Shown: one piece after another, positions 62,762 through 64,000 of the stretch
Layout: every line of letters begins with the position of its first letter
How positions within the stretch are numbered: the stretch's first letter is position 1
NCBI GenBank assembly: GCA_013416795.1
Contig: RQSC01000033.1
Location: 154,583-218,582 of the forward strand
Length of the DNA stretch: 64,000 nucleotides
Reading direction: 5' to 3'
Origin: Prasinococcaceae sp. CCMP 1430
Lineage: Eukaryota > Plantae > Prasinodermophyta
Notes under the pieces: model-generated
The model's input: the letters and a program-made list of their open reading frames with translations, nothing else
Database searches by the model: none
What the model was told of the DNA's origin: nothing
Program-made: the position numbers and the translations under genes

Positions 62762-64000
62762 CGCTCGCCCTACGAGGCGCCGGCCTCGAGCCCCGCGTAC
62801 GCGTACGCCGCGCGGCCGGGCAGCGCGCACCCCGGCTCCGCGCGGCACCGCAAGCTCGCCCGCGGCGCGTCCCCAGGGACAACGCGCGTCGTCGCCACGC
62901 CTCCCCCGCCGACGCCGAGGACGCCGGTGGCGCAGGTGCAGGCGTCGCCCGCCCTCGGGTGCGGCGAGAGCGCCAGCGCGGCTGACGCGAGCGCGCTGCG
63001 CTTCCTCTTCTCCGAGCGGCAGCTCGCGGCCGCGCGACGGCTCGCGCAGTGGCACACGCGGGACCTTGCGCTCATGCAGAGGCCCCTCGCAGACGCCGCG
63101 CCCGCATCGGACGCGGTCGGCAGCGACGCGCCGGAGCCGCAGCTGAGGCACCTCGACGTGTTCGCCGAGCCCGCGCCCGACGACGACGAGGGCCTATCGC
63201 GCTGGGACGCCGCCGTGCAAGCGCTGCTGAGGGGGGAGAACGGCTGGCCCGAGGGCCTCATACCGCCGTACGAGGCGATCGCCAAGGAGGCGGGCGCGGC
63301 CGACCGCGTCGCGTACCTGCCGGGCGACGGCGGCGCCGGCGACAGCGGGGCGCGCGACACGACTACGCGCTGGGGCAAGCCGAGCAGCTGCGCCAACTGG
63401 CGGCGCTACGCGAGCCGACCGCTCGACTCGCCGGTGGACGTCGAGGCGCTGGCGGCGTGGGCATCGCAGGCGCGCCTCAGCGCCGGCAGCACAGCGGGCG
63501 CCGAGGAGGTCGCCGCCCTGCTGCGCCTCAACCAGGCGCTGCTGGCTGACCTTCTCGCGCGACGCGCTGAGGTCTTTTCTACCGAGGCCGAGTACTGGGA
63601 GCGCCGCGCCAACAACCTCGAGGCGTTGCTGCGCTCGCGAAATCTGCCAGTCCCTGCGGCGCCGCCGATGCCGGACAAGGTCGCTGCCGAGGTCAAGCAC
63701 AGGCGACCGCGGCCAGCAGCGGCGCCCCCAATCGAAGAGACGGCTGTGCCAAAGCCTGCCGAGGTGACCACCGCGACCGCCGTCGCCGTCTCGCCGTCCG
63801 TGCGAGGCACGAGCGACGCCCTCGAGTCGGCGAGCAGCGCGGCGGTGGCCGCCGCCACCGCCGCGCCGCCGCGTCCCCTTTCACGCCTGGGGCGCGAGAA
63901 CGCTGAGCGCCCACCCCACGAAGACTACTTCACCATTGAGGAGGAGGACGAGAACGAGCCTGACGAGGTCGTGTACGCAGGCGAAGACCTAAGTGCTGCC
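62762..64000 (+). CDS. Hypothetical protein, open frame running off the window end
   Basis: The frame starting CGC TCG CCC TAC GAG appears open to the end (…FLFSERQL…WDAAVQALLRGENGWPEG…EAEYWERRANNLEALL…); no family recognised. Confidence 0.6.

Noticed and set aside
1-64000. Hundreds of overlapping Arg/Ala/Pro-rich ORFs (e.g. 6826-8301, 20371-21543, 24273-25547, 57809-59494)
   Set aside because: Antisense or off-frame shadows of real genes, expected at this GC content.

Overview
Eukaryotic, very GC-rich, gene-dense scaffold segment from a green alga. Introns are short (mostly 100-260 bp, GT-AG, many GTGCG donors, CTGAC branch sites), AAACCCT telomere-type motifs occur, and there are plastid-type and ciliary genes; an early-diverging prasinophyte-grade alga such as Prasinoderma would fit, but this is unverified. 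About 33 protein-coding genes can be supported. They include UPF1, SPB1/FTSJ3, a GRAM-VASt protein, organellar RF1, ENH1, glyoxalase I, AGT2, ABCD, an M14 peptidase, ciliary PIH1D2/RSPH14/RSP4-6/IFT52, a large LRR protein, an SEC/OGT fragment, GLTP, a CML21-like protein, Canopy, a multi-saposin protein, a JmjC protein and Ppx/GppA. No rRNA, tRNA or CRISPR was recognised. Three N-runs and three single-N joins truncate several 5' ends. Most notable: (1) a MYND zinc finger fused to Helitron-type motifs; (2) a methyltransferase-like domain fused to a LysRS-type anticodon-binding OB fold; (3) a ~310-bp AT-rich fold-back element; (4) a secreted Pro/Thr repeat protein with a 259-bp tandem duplication; (5) head-to-head radial-spoke genes; (6) TTL-like, MLLE-TPR and island-LRR-IPT architectures. 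All family calls come from motif recognition by eye, not database searches.
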